Shown here: positions 54,097 to 62,779 of the stretch, piece by piece
How the letters are laid out: the number at the start of each line of letters is the position of its first letter
How positions within the stretch are numbered: position 1 is the stretch's first letter
Source: a virus
Taxonomy: Duplodnaviria; Heunggongvirae; Uroviricota; Caudoviricetes
Length of the DNA stretch: 64,000 nt
Virus record (IMG/VR): IMGVR_UViG_3300013121_000049
Span: 16,253-80,252 of that record
Reading direction: 5' to 3' (one strand)
Program-made: the position numbers and the translations under genes
Notes under the pieces: generated by a model
The model's input: only the letters and a program-made list of their open reading frames with translations
The model's database searches: none
Told to the model about the DNA's origin: nothing

Positions 54097-54771
54097 CTAT
54101 TGGGTATCAACGGTCATCAGGAACTCCCTGACGACTGGTCCAAGGTTCTTGGCCTGCCATTTCATTTCCAGTGAATACGGCATTTGCATGTCGATGATCC
54201 ACTTGGTGCGGTCGTCCTTGTCCCGGATGGGACGAGAGACTTGCAGGCCGCCCAGTTGCTGAAACCCCTGGGAATTGCAGAGGTAGGGCCTCGTGCAAAA
54301 CAGGAAATGGGCAACCAGTCTGCCGAGAAGCTCCGCGGTGCCGAAGTTCCAGGTAATGATCCTGAAGTTCGCCATGCCGTTGGCCATCGCCATGTGCATC
54401 GTCGCCGCTATCTGGTGACTGGGGCTCATGGCGTAGTCCGCCGCTGAGTTGTCCATTCCCATGGGCTGGACCCCGTAGTCCCCGCGATCCACCAGGATGA
54501 TCGGCCGTGCGCCAGGCGGCATGTCGGGTTCCTGATCGTCGCGGACACGAATGTCCAGCCGGGTCTGCTCCGGGTCTTCGCTGTATTTTACGTGATCCGG
54601 TGCGGCGGTACGAAACAAATATCGGAGGACGTCCACGAACAGCGGGGCGATGGACGACGGGTTGAAGGACGTGAAGAACTTCAGTTCGGACGCCACGGGG
54701 TCCGGTGTCGCCAGCATGGGGCCGCGCCCGCCGTCCTCCAGGGTAACCGGAGTCAAGTGCTCGGTCGTCAT
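54097..54771 (-). CDS. Putative tail terminator/completion protein
   Basis: Position between the neck genes and the sheath; beta-rich. Confidence 0.5.
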   Translation of the reverse strand: MTTEHLTPVTLEDGGRGPMLATPDPVASELKFFTSFNPSSIAPLFVDVLRYLFRTAAPDHVKYSEDPEQTRLDIRVRDDQEPDMPPGARPIILVDRGDYGVQPMGMDNSAADYAMSPSHQIAATMHMAMANGMANFRIITWNFGTAELLGRLVAHFLFCTRPYLCNSQGFQQLGGLQVSRPIRDKDDRTKWIIDMQMPYSLEMKWQAKNLGPVVREFLMTVDTQ

Positions 54772-55676
54772 CAGACGCCCTCCCGGTTGAGGAGCAGGTA
54801 TTCCACCGCAGTCGGCGGCAGTTGGATGATCTGCAGGTTCTGCTTGACGGGCACCGTGCGCATCAGGGTGGAGCTGAGGTTGTCTACCCGGTACACCCGG
54901 CGCTCGGGAATATGCACCAGCAGATCATTGGGGTCGATCTTCGGATAGGCGATCGTCCAGGCCATGCGCGCGGCGTTTTCCCACCGGCCTTCCTCCATGG
55001 GGTAGTCCGTGGACTGGAAGTCGGAGTAGTTCACGTACGTCCGGATACCGTTGTAGTACCCCATTTCATAGGACGTGCCAAAACACACCGGGCAGTGATC
55101 GTCCGTAACCATGCGTCGCGTGGGGTCCCAGCAGCGCGAGCAGCGGTACCCGTACTTACCGGGCTGCACCCGTTTCAGGATCATGCTGGGCACGCCGTTG
55201 AACCGGCTGAGGATGATCCACTCCCGGCGGTTGATCTCCTGCTTGCGGCGGAAGTGCCAGGGGCTGAGCTCGTTCTCGTGGGTGATCGGCGCGGAGAAGC
55301 CGATGGAGACGTCCCCCAGCCAGACCTGGACCAGGTACCAGTCCGAGTAGTACTTGCTGGCCAGCTTGAAGGACGGATCGGTGTACTGGTTCCCCGCAAC
55401 CGGCTGTTGGGTCAGCTTGATGAACGGGCCCTCGGGAGACTCTCCCCGCCAGATATCGTAGACAGGACTTACCCAGGAAGGGTCCGGTTCCCAGACGAGA
55501 TGCGCGGAGTCGAACCACTGGGGGTGCAGGACGCCCGTGAACTTCGGGATGGTCATCCGGTTGACGGGCAGGCGGACCTTGTTGCCGACGTGCGGCTGGA
55601 TGATCTCGACCGGAAGATTCTGGTACTTCCCGGGGAGGTAGCTGAAGTGCAGCGTATCGAGGGTGCCGCCGAACAT
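54771..55676 (-). CDS. Putative neck/head-closure protein (FN3-like N-terminus, Zn ribbon)
   Basis: HLVWEP...YDIWRGESPEGPF; CSRC...CPVCFGT. Confidence 0.55.
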   Translation of the reverse strand: MFGGTLDTLHFSYLPGKYQNLPVEIIQPHVGNKVRLPVNRMTIPKFTGVLHPQWFDSAHLVWEPDPSWVSPVYDIWRGESPEGPFIKLTQQPVAGNQYTDPSFKLASKYYSDWYLVQVWLGDVSIGFSAPITHENELSPWHFRRKQEINRREWIILSRFNGVPSMILKRVQPGKYGYRCSRCWDPTRRMVTDDHCPVCFGTSYEMGYYNGIRTYVNYSDFQSTDYPMEEGRWENAARMAWTIAYPKIDPNDLLVHIPERRVYRVDNLSSTLMRTVPVKQNLQIIQLPPTAVEYLLLNREGV

Positions 55677-55685
55677 GGCGCCTCC

Positions 55686-56126
55686 TTACCAGACCGGGAA
55701 ATTCCGGTAATCTGACCCGATATCCCCCCATCCGCTCTGAATGTTCAGCTGGACCTTGATCTGGCGAGCCAGGTCGGATCCCATGGATCCGAACTGACGG
55801 GCAATTGCAGTGAACATCTCGAAGCGCTCCTCGATGGGGATCGTGGTGCCGCCATCAGAGTAGCTCATCTGGTTGCGCGCCGCCATGGCCGCCTGCCCTT
55901 CATAGAGCGACTGGGCGACCAGGTAGAGCATGGCCTTGGAGTACGCGGTCGGAAAGCTCTCGACGGTGTAGGTGGTGATCGGCTGGATGGAGTTCAGGGA
56001 AGACACCGCCAGGGTCATGGCCAGATAGATGCGTTCGTCAGAGAACTCCACGCCGTCCAGCAGCATGTTGTTTTCCGGGCTGTCGTTGAGGAACAGCCTG
56101 ACCATTTCAGGCGTGAGCTGTGCCAT
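55686..56126 (-). CDS. Putative head-tail adaptor (gp15/gp6-like)
   Basis: VRLFLND...SDE.I..A...SYSDGG helical pattern; neck position. Confidence 0.6.
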   Translation of the reverse strand: MAQLTPEMVRLFLNDSPENNMLLDGVEFSDERIYLAMTLAVSSLNSIQPITTYTVESFPTAYSKAMLYLVAQSLYEGQAAMAARNQMSYSDGGTTIPIEERFEMFTAIARQFGSMGSDLARQIKVQLNIQSGWGDIGSDYRNFPVW

Positions 56127-56514
56127 ACACCACCCCTGTATGAGATGCGTTGCTTGCCTTGAGTTCCATCAGCTTGGGCAGCAGTGATTTGCGAATGGTA
56201 ACGTCTTTCTCCACCCCGATGACGCCGACGACATGCCTATCTTCGTCGAGGACCGGCGTGCAGCACAGGCGCACCCACCGGCCGTCCACACACAGGTCCA
56301 TGGGGAACGCCGAGGTCATGTCAACGTGCCGCCAGCTCTCCAGGCTCTTCTCGACGAATTCCCAGTCGCTGTCCACGGTCAACTGCGCCCTCCAGTCTTC
56401 CAGAGTCAGGCCCTTGTTGTGCCAGAAGGTGCCGTCTCGAAGGTCGTACACCCACAGGTCTTCGTCGACCAGGGCTGCCGCTGCCTTCAGAGTGTCGAGG
56501 TTGATAATGCACAT
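56107..56514 (-). CDS. Stand-alone PAS/PAC domain protein
   Basis: LWVYDLRDG start; PAC motif WVRLCCTPVLDEDRHVVGVIGVEKDVTIRK; GAGGT RBS. Confidence 0.75.
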   Translation of the reverse strand: MCIINLDTLKAAAALVDEDLWVYDLRDGTFWHNKGLTLEDWRAQLTVDSDWEFVEKSLESWRHVDMTSAFPMDLCVDGRWVRLCCTPVLDEDRHVVGVIGVEKDVTIRKSLLPKLMELKASNASHTGVVYGTAHA

Positions 56515-56524
56515 GGAGAGGACC

Positions 56525-57727
56525 TCACTGGTTTCCCTGCGGGTGACCGGCAAGAGCATGATGGGCCATAGCGAGGCCTCCGACAACCAAGGCTCCCTTG
56601 GCCGCAAGGCCTGCCCCGGTGGTCCAGCGGTACAGTTTCTGCATTTTTGCCGAGTCCTCAACCGCAGCAGTCGACATGCCCTTTCCTTTCATGTACTCGA
56701 TCTTTTTGTCTGTCGACATGTTTTTCATGGCGTCAAGATGTGCCTTAGCAGCGGCCTCATCCCCTTCGGAGTGCCTCCACACCGTATGCTCGATCGTCCC
56801 CTTCAGATGATCTCCTGTCAAAGGCGAGAAGGGGTTGCTGCTCAGTATTTCGCTGGGGTGCCGAGGAGGTTCCCCTGCAGCCTTGCACATGCTATGCAGA
56901 TACGGATTCACCGCCGCCTGCTTCTGCTGGCTGCCGCCACTGCCCAGGAACGCCGCGCCGGCAACAGTGCCGCCGCCAGCACCGACCGCTGTGGCGATGC
57001 GGGCAGTCTTCTGCGCCCGGACTGCATTTTCATAGCCGGAGGTGTCATGCACGCCCAAGGTCTCCTTGAGATACTTGACCTTGCCCTCGTGGTCATCAAT
57101 CTTCCCGAGTTCCTTGATGTGCCGGTCGACGTCTTCCGGACCATTAACCCGAGGAGCCGACGCAACGGTCTTCTTCAGCGTTGCCTCAGTGTGTTGACCG
57201 GACAGGTGCCCCCAGTAGCCATCAGTGTCCTTGGGCTTGTTCTCTTTTGGTGCCTCCGTCTTCGGCGTTTCCGCAGCAGGGGCCTCCGTCTTCGGCGCTT
57301 CCGCAGCAGGGGCCTCCGTCTTCGGCGCTTCCGCAGCAGGGGCCTCCGTCTTCGGCGCTTCCGCAGCAGGGGCCTCCGTCTTCGGAGCTTCCGCAGCAGG
57401 GGCCTCCGTCTTCGGAGCTTCCGCAGCAGGGGCCTCCGTCTTCGGAGCTTCCGCAGCGGGTGCCGCAGGCTTCTGGTAGTGCTTTGTCATTTCGGCATGC
57501 ACGTCTCCCAAATGCTCATCCCGTATACCCTGGCCTTTCAACGTCTTGACCAAAGAGTCGGGGCTCCCAGTCTTGGCATGGTACCTGGCCATCGACTTTA
57601 CTTGGATTTTTGCACTCTCGCTCAAACCGGATTTTGCGGCGGCGTGGCCGGCCTTTTCCACAATAGCTTCAACGGCCTCTGACGGTAATCCAGCCAGTTT
57701 TTCCATGTAAAGAATAAACGGATTCAT
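56525..57727 (-). CDS. Ala-rich putative internal head protein; two signature-headed modules plus a PAEK repeat linker
   Basis: MNPFILYMEKLAG; internal VNPYLHSMCKAAG; (AAEAPKTEAP)x7. Confidence 0.7.
   Translation of the reverse strand: MNPFILYMEKLAGLPSEAVEAIVEKAGHAAAKSGLSESAKIQVKSMARYHAKTGSPDSLVKTLKGQGIRDEHLGDVHAEMTKHYQKPAAPAAEAPKTEAPAAEAPKTEAPAAEAPKTEAPAAEAPKTEAPAAEAPKTEAPAAEAPKTEAPAAETPKTEAPKENKPKDTDGYWGHLSGQHTEATLKKTVASAPRVNGPEDVDRHIKELGKIDDHEGKVKYLKETLGVHDTSGYENAVRAQKTARIATAVGAGGGTVAGAAFLGSGGSQQKQAAVNPYLHSMCKAAGEPPRHPSEILSSNPFSPLTGDHLKGTIEHTVWRHSEGDEAAAKAHLDAMKNMSTDKKIEYMKGKGMSTAAVEDSAKMQKLYRWTTGAGLAAKGALVVGGLAMAHHALAGHPQGNQ
57251..57460 (-). repeat. 30-bp VNTR, seven units
   Basis: Units at 57252, 57282, 57312, 57342, 57372, 57402 and 57432. 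Confidence 0.92.
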
Positions 57728-57740
57728 ACAGACCTCGTTG

Positions 57741-58298
57741 TTAGTACTGACCTTGGTTACGCTGCCCGGATACGTGAGACATGACTGCTGCTCCTGCCGC
57801 CGCGCCCGTCACGGCCCGCGTCGCAGCCCGACTTCCCATGGCATTCTTGATGGACTTCACGGCTTCGGGGCCAAGGTTATCCTGCGTGAACTTCAGCTTC
57901 TTCTCGTCAGAGAGTCCGCTGAGCTGTTGCTCGAAGGCAAACCGTTGGGCCGGCGTAGAGAACTTGCCCGCCATCTCGGCATGCCGCATGATTTCCCGAT
58001 TGACGTTGGAGCCGAACAAAGCCTGAGCGTAGTTCACCGGAGCCCGGACCAACCCGCGCGCGGTGTTGTACCCTGCGTTGACCACGGAACCGACGATGCC
58101 GGGGCCTTCTTTCTTTGCAGCGCCCGCCACAGCCTCGGCCGCCTCTGCCGCTGCAGCCGACTGCTTGTACATAGGCAACGTCGCCGCTTCCCGAGGAGCA
58201 CCGATCTTGGCGCGCTCCAGAAGGTCTTGAACCAGGAGGCGAGGCTTTGGCAGGAGGCCAGCCTCCTTCATCATGGCTTCCAGGTACGGATTGCTCAT
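57741..58298 (-). CDS. Ala-rich putative internal head protein with N-terminal signature
   Basis: MSNPYLEAMMKEAG; C-terminal half resembles the modules of the 56525 protein. Confidence 0.7.
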   Translation of the reverse strand: MSNPYLEAMMKEAGLLPKPRLLVQDLLERAKIGAPREAATLPMYKQSAAAAEAAEAVAGAAKKEGPGIVGSVVNAGYNTARGLVRAPVNYAQALFGSNVNREIMRHAEMAGKFSTPAQRFAFEQQLSGLSDEKKLKFTQDNLGPEAVKSIKNAMGSRAATRAVTGAAAGAAVMSHVSGQRNQGQY

Positions 58299-58304
58299 GG
58301 CCTG

Positions 58305-59501
58305 TTACCCCGGGTAAGAGTTCATGGCCGTCAGTGCGCCGGCAGCCGCCAAGGCGGCGGGAACCCCGTATCGGCCCAACCTGCCCATCGCTTTTGGAAC
58401 AGGGAGAGGCGCATGCCGTGCTTCCCCTTCGATCAGTGCGAGGCGGGTTTTATGAATGGCATCCTGGGCCTTGGCTTCGGATTCCTCGATAGCCGCTGCA
58501 TGAGCCTCCTCCAGCTGATGGAGGGTGGCCGAAGGATACTTTTTCTGGGCAGCTTGATAGTCCCGATCAAGATGAATCTGGGCAATCTCTCTCCGAGAAA
58601 CAGCTCGATGCTGACGAAGGTTTGCCGCAGCTTGATCCCGAAGCATCTGCAAGTGACGTGCCGCCTGAGCGTTGTGCTCTCCTACGGTCACCGCATCCAG
58701 CTGACGATTGTGGTTGATCCAGCGCACGGCGCCTTCTCCAAGCAGTCCCCCGGCCGCAGCCCCCGCGCCAACATAGGGGAGCACAGACGGGCGGTCATCT
58801 TCGAAGCGAGGTTGTGACTCCGCCATGTAACCGGCTACCTTCTGCAGGATTGCAGTCTTCAATTCTTCGGCTGTCTTGGGAAAGGTGTGCATGGTTGACG
58901 TAACTCCGTGCGACTGATCCGGGAAAGTATGCTCCCGCGACTTGAAGTGATCGTAGAGCGCCATGGCTGCCAGGTCAGCAGCAGCAATATACCCGCCATG
59001 GTAGGCAGCGTAGCGCCAGGGGTGCGCAGGAAGCCCCTCGCTGGACGACTTGGTGAAGTGGTGCAGTGCAGCAGTGCCTGCGACACCCGCCGCTACGGTC
59101 CCCGTGTAGGCAGTTGTTGCCGGGTAGGTATGCAGAAAGTTTCCGACGCCATGTAAAAGCGTCCCCTTCTCTCTGTCCTTCATCAGGGAGGATCCCCACG
59201 ATTGTACTTTGCCGGGCAATCCCTTCAATGCACCCTCCGCGGCTGCGACAACCTCGTTGGACTGCTTGCTCAACATATGATGTGCCCCAACCGTCAGGCC
59301 ATAGGCAGCAGCGCCGTGGGCTACGCCTTCGGCTACGCGAAATGCGCCAGGATAGGATTGCATGAGATTACCAACCCCTCCGACGATGGCCTTGGGGATA
59401 GCGCTCATGTCCTGGGCGTGATGGGATGCGATGACGCCTTTGCGGACAATCTCTGCGTCTTCATTACGCAGCGCGCCCTCTACGAGACTGGCAATGGTCA
59501 T
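58305..59501 (-). CDS. Gly/Ala-rich multi-segment putative head/ejection protein
   Basis: Repeated hydrophobic GAAAGG segments separated by KQS, KSS, KTA and KVA. Confidence 0.6.
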   Translation of the reverse strand: MTIASLVEGALRNEDAEIVRKGVIASHHAQDMSAIPKAIVGGVGNLMQSYPGAFRVAEGVAHGAAAYGLTVGAHHMLSKQSNEVVAAAEGALKGLPGKVQSWGSSLMKDREKGTLLHGVGNFLHTYPATTAYTGTVAAGVAGTAALHHFTKSSSEGLPAHPWRYAAYHGGYIAAADLAAMALYDHFKSREHTFPDQSHGVTSTMHTFPKTAEELKTAILQKVAGYMAESQPRFEDDRPSVLPYVGAGAAAGGLLGEGAVRWINHNRQLDAVTVGEHNAQAARHLQMLRDQAAANLRQHRAVSRREIAQIHLDRDYQAAQKKYPSATLHQLEEAHAAAIEESEAKAQDAIHKTRLALIEGEARHAPLPVPKAMGRLGRYGVPAALAAAGALTAMNSYPG

Positions 59502-59522
59502 GGAGCCTCTCCTAAACTGTTT

Positions 59523-59532
59523 CTAGTTTAGC
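59523..59532 (-). promoter_or_regulatory. Putative late promoter GCTAAACTAG
   Basis: Just after a terminator, 21 nt upstream of ATG 59501; identical to 19010-19019. Confidence 0.55.
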
Positions 59533-59563
59533 ACTCGCCCTCGGAGCGTAAACTGCAGAAACG

Positions 59564-59589
59564 AAAAAAGCGGATTTCTCCGCTTTTTT
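59564..59589. terminator. Bidirectional Rho-independent terminator
   Basis: AAAAAAGCGGA-TTTC-TCCGCTTTTTT. Confidence 0.85.
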
Positions 59590-59608
59590 CACCGGGTCGA
59601 TGCGTCGG

Positions 59609-60343
59609 TCAGAGACCGCGCAGCTCCAGGGCACGCGCCAGAACAGCAGCTTGGCGCTCATCCGGAGTGGATGCCTGCTTGAAGTGCTGGTAGCCATGGT
59701 AGCCGGCAGCACCGATGCCCCCCGCGGCAGCCAAACCGCCGGCGGCAGCCAAGCCCAAAGCAGTCTTGGGATGAGACTCGATGAACTGACCCAAGTGGGT
59801 GCCCATCGTACGACCGTAGCCGGACAGGTGACGGTCCACCTTGTGCCAGAACTTTTCGGCTTCTTCCGCAGTGGCTTCGCCTGCTTCAGCTGCCTGCTTA
59901 TAGTGCTCGTACGCCTTGTAGCCGCCATAGCCAACGCCGCCCACTACGCCCAAGCCTCCCAGCACGGCAGTTGCCACCGCGCTCTTCGGGTACTTCTTGA
60001 TGAAGTTGCCCAGAGACTCCATGGCCTTACCGACGTGGTGGGAAATGGGCACGCCGGCTTTGCTTTCGGCATGGTGGGCAACGTGAGCCGCCACCGCCCC
60101 CGGAACCCCGCCTTGCCCGGCCAGAGCAGCGGCTGCTTCGGCCACCCGCTCTGCGCCACCGCTCACCGCAACACGCACGGGATGCTGCATGCCAATACCC
60201 TTACGAACAAAGTAATCGCCCATGCTGTGGCCGTAGCCTTCCACCGCGCCTACGCCACGGCTCCACAGCGAAGCCTTGGCGGCTTCATCGCCTTCAGCGG
60301 CCATCTTCATCAGGACGGCATCGAGAGAGGGAGAGATAGTCAT
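59609..60343 (-). CDS. Gly/Ala-rich protein with internal repeat (GGxGYGGYxxY.H[YF]KQA twice)
   Basis: Two similar modules, each ending KQA. Confidence 0.65.
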   Translation of the reverse strand: MTISPSLDAVLMKMAAEGDEAAKASLWSRGVGAVEGYGHSMGDYFVRKGIGMQHPVRVAVSGGAERVAEAAAALAGQGGVPGAVAAHVAHHAESKAGVPISHHVGKAMESLGNFIKKYPKSAVATAVLGGLGVVGGVGYGGYKAYEHYKQAAEAGEATAEEAEKFWHKVDRHLSGYGRTMGTHLGQFIESHPKTALGLAAAGGLAAAGGIGAAGYHGYQHFKQASTPDERQAAVLARALELRGL

Positions 60344-60370
60344 GATAAATGTTCTCCAGAAACTTGAGGA

Positions 60371-60390
60371 GGGACGCCCTTAGGCGTCCC
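60371..60390 (-). terminator. Hairpin with the capsid stop codon in its loop (attenuator/stabiliser?)
   Basis: GGGACGCC-TAAG-GGCGTCCC; weak U tract. Confidence 0.4.
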
Positions 60391-61414
60391 CATCTTTCGA
60401 AAGGTCGAACGCGGCCAGGCGGAAGCCCTGCACGTTACCATAACCGATCCCCACTGCTTCGTACACATAGAACTCGACCATGTCGGCCTCGTTCTTCAGG
60501 TACACCGTCGGCTCCTGCAGGCTGTAGAACTGGCCCAGGTAGCCTTCCGGTGCGAAAATGGCAATCAGGTCGCCGGGGCCGTTGACGGCATGCTGGGTCA
60601 GACCGGAGGTCATGATGTCCAGCTTGATCGTCGGGATGAACTCGTAGCCGTAGGCTTGGCGCATCTCTTCGCCACGGAAGTGGGCGTCGAACACCAGCGA
60701 ACCGACCACTGAGCTCGGACGGCTCAGCAGGATGTTGTACAGGGTAAAGCCCAGGAGGATCTTCGCCGGCTTTTGGCGGGCGCCGATCAGCTGGTTGACC
60801 GCACGGATCAGGGTCTTCACGCCGAAGCCCGGACCGGTGGTGTGCGCACCGGCGTCATAGCCAGGGGCATAGATGCCGTACTGCTCGCCGCTGGCGTTCG
60901 TCACGCTGGTGTAGCCGGCGCCGGTGTGATTGGCAGCAGCGATAGCCTTCAGGCCCAGCATGTGGTTGATGTCTTCCTGCTCGTGGATGTCCTTCACGCT
61001 GTTGCCTTGCAGCACCTGGCGGATGTCCACGGTGTAGGTGGCCAGTTCCCACTTGGACTTCTTGAAGACCTTGGACACGATCTTCTCGAAGACCACTTCG
61101 TAGCGCTTGCCGCGGAAGTAGCGCAGTTCACCGGAACCATTCAGGGAAATGGTGGCGGCGGTGCTGTCCGGTTCCTTCTCGACGATCTTGCGCGGCTGGT
61201 CGGTGTCCACGTCCTTGTCCAGGTCGGCGGAGGTCAGCAGCTGCGGGGTATAGATCTGGCGAGTGGTGCCGTCTTCACGGAGCTTCTGGCGGACGAAGGC
61301 GGTCATCGAAGTTTCCGCTTGCTTCGTCATGGTGGGGTCGCCGCTGTTCAACTTGTCCACGAAGGCCGTGTTGAACAGGCGGGTGTTGGTGGTTTCGATT
61401 GCGTAATCAGCCAT
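60380..61414 (-). CDS. Major capsid protein
   Basis: 344 aa; FVRQKLREDG..RQI.TP, DTDQPRKIVEKEPDS, YEAVGIGYGN pattern of large-myovirus MCPs; follows scaffold/decoration genes and has a hairpin at its end. Confidence 0.75.
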   Translation of the reverse strand: MADYAIETTNTRLFNTAFVDKLNSGDPTMTKQAETSMTAFVRQKLREDGTTRQIYTPQLLTSADLDKDVDTDQPRKIVEKEPDSTAATISLNGSGELRYFRGKRYEVVFEKIVSKVFKKSKWELATYTVDIRQVLQGNSVKDIHEQEDINHMLGLKAIAAANHTGAGYTSVTNASGEQYGIYAPGYDAGAHTTGPGFGVKTLIRAVNQLIGARQKPAKILLGFTLYNILLSRPSSVVGSLVFDAHFRGEEMRQAYGYEFIPTIKLDIMTSGLTQHAVNGPGDLIAIFAPEGYLGQFYSLQEPTVYLKNEADMVEFYVYEAVGIGYGNVQGFRLAAFDLSKDGDA

Positions 61415-61427
61415 GTCAGCTCTCCTG

Positions 61428-61892
61428 TTACTTCACGTCGATGACGTAGCTGGTTTCGGCGGAGCCAACGATGACCTGCAGAACGACACCGATGAACGGG
61501 TCGCCCGGGTTGGCCACTTTCTTGAAGACGCCGTAAGTACGGCCGCCTACGGTCACCGGCGCTGCCGACACTTCGTCACCGACCGCCAGGGGTCCGGTGG
61601 TCTTGATGGTGCGCACCTGGTAGTTGCCGGGAAGCAGGATCGGCTTACGGCAGCCGTTGACTGACTTGTCATCCAGGGTTCCGCGAACCACGATGAAGAC
61701 GCCGGAGGCCACTTGGGCGCCGGGGGCAACCACGTTCGAGCTGGCGTCCAGGACAACCAGATCACCGATTTCACATTCAACGCCGGAAGCCATGGAGAAC
61801 CGGTTGGTTTCACGGCTACCCGAGTCCGGAGCGGTGGGCCACCCACGGAGGAATTCCGCGGCGTAGTCCATCGGAGAAAGATCAAAGGACAT
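61428..61892 (-). CDS. Putative capsid decoration/cement protein
   Basis: 154 aa, beta-rich (IGDLVVLD...LAVGDEVS), immediately upstream of the MCP. Confidence 0.55.
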   Translation of the reverse strand: MSFDLSPMDYAAEFLRGWPTAPDSGSRETNRFSMASGVECEIGDLVVLDASSNVVAPGAQVASGVFIVVRGTLDDKSVNGCRKPILLPGNYQVRTIKTTGPLAVGDEVSAAPVTVGGRTYGVFKKVANPGDPFIGVVLQVIVGSAETSYVIDVK

Positions 61893-61915
61893 GTCAATGT
61901 CTCCCGATAGTCGTG

Positions 61916-62278
61916 TTACGACAACACGAAGGCTTCTAATGGATCAACCGCTTGGGCAGCGCCAGCCGGATCCGCCGGTCCGCCAAGCCCCCAATCGGGG
62001 CTGGCCTTGGGCATCGCAGCTGCGACCTTGTGCAGAAGTTCCCCTGACAGCGACTGCGCCACTTTCGCGGCGTCCTCCGGAGCGAGGCCTCGGGACTGGA
62101 GGTCCCGGACGACTTCGTTCGCAGAGGCCAGTTTGATCTGGTCATGCTGCCCTTCCAGTACACTGATTTTAGCGGCCTGCTCGCTGATCATGCGATCTTT
62201 TTCATCAAGCAGTTCCGCCGCTTTCACCAGGATTTCCGCAACGCGGAGGTTCGTCAAAGCGGCAAGCTGAGTGTTCAT
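61916..62278 (-). CDS. Scaffold-like helical protein with K-x-A motifs
   Basis: KAA, KLA, KVA; coiled-coil character. Confidence 0.55.
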   Translation of the reverse strand: MNTQLAALTNLRVAEILVKAAELLDEKDRMISEQAAKISVLEGQHDQIKLASANEVVRDLQSRGLAPEDAAKVAQSLSGELLHKVAAAMPKASPDWGLGGPADPAGAAQAVDPLEAFVLS

Positions 62279-62757
62279 GCAGCACCTCGATGGGCCCGCA
62301 GGCCTGCCAATGCTGCCTGCGCACGCTCCCGGTCAATCTCCCCGGCAAGCAGGCGACGGCACACGTCTTCCTCGGCGGCCTTGAGGAGTTCTTCGTCCGC
62401 CCCGCCGGCCTGTACAGCTACCACCGGCGCTGCCGCCGGAGCAGCAACCGCCGGAGCGGCTTCTGCAACCTTGGCCAAGGGAACGGGCGCAGTCGTCAAG
62501 TCGTCCAGCGAACGGCAGATCTCCTCGATCTCTTCCCCGTAGGGAACCGACCGATTGACACCTGCCGCTTTCATCAGGAACTGACGACCGGCTTGAAGAA
62601 GGCCGGTGTCCGCGCCCGCCGACTTGTGCAGGGCGGACAGCGTACGACGGCCTTCGTCGAGGACGCTCTTGAGCTCGACTTCCGCCTGCTTCACCAGCAC
62701 CGATGCCTGATAACGCAGGAGATCGGCGGCAGTGATGTCTTGATTAGGCGTATTCAT
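62275..62757 (-). CDS. Scaffold-like helical protein with five K-x-A motifs
   Basis: KQA, KSA, KAA, KVA, KAA; start ATG 62757. Confidence 0.55.
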   Translation of the reverse strand: MNTPNQDITAADLLRYQASVLVKQAEVELKSVLDEGRRTLSALHKSAGADTGLLQAGRQFLMKAAGVNRSVPYGEEIEEICRSLDDLTTAPVPLAKVAEAAPAVAAPAAAPVVAVQAGGADEELLKAAEEDVCRRLLAGEIDRERAQAALAGLRAHRGAA

Positions 62758-62779
62758 CGGGACTCTCCCGCAGAGTGGA

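Noticed and set aside
57251-57460. 30-bp repeats as a possible CRISPR array
   Set aside because: Head-to-tail tandem units with no spacers, in frame within a CDS; no cas genes.
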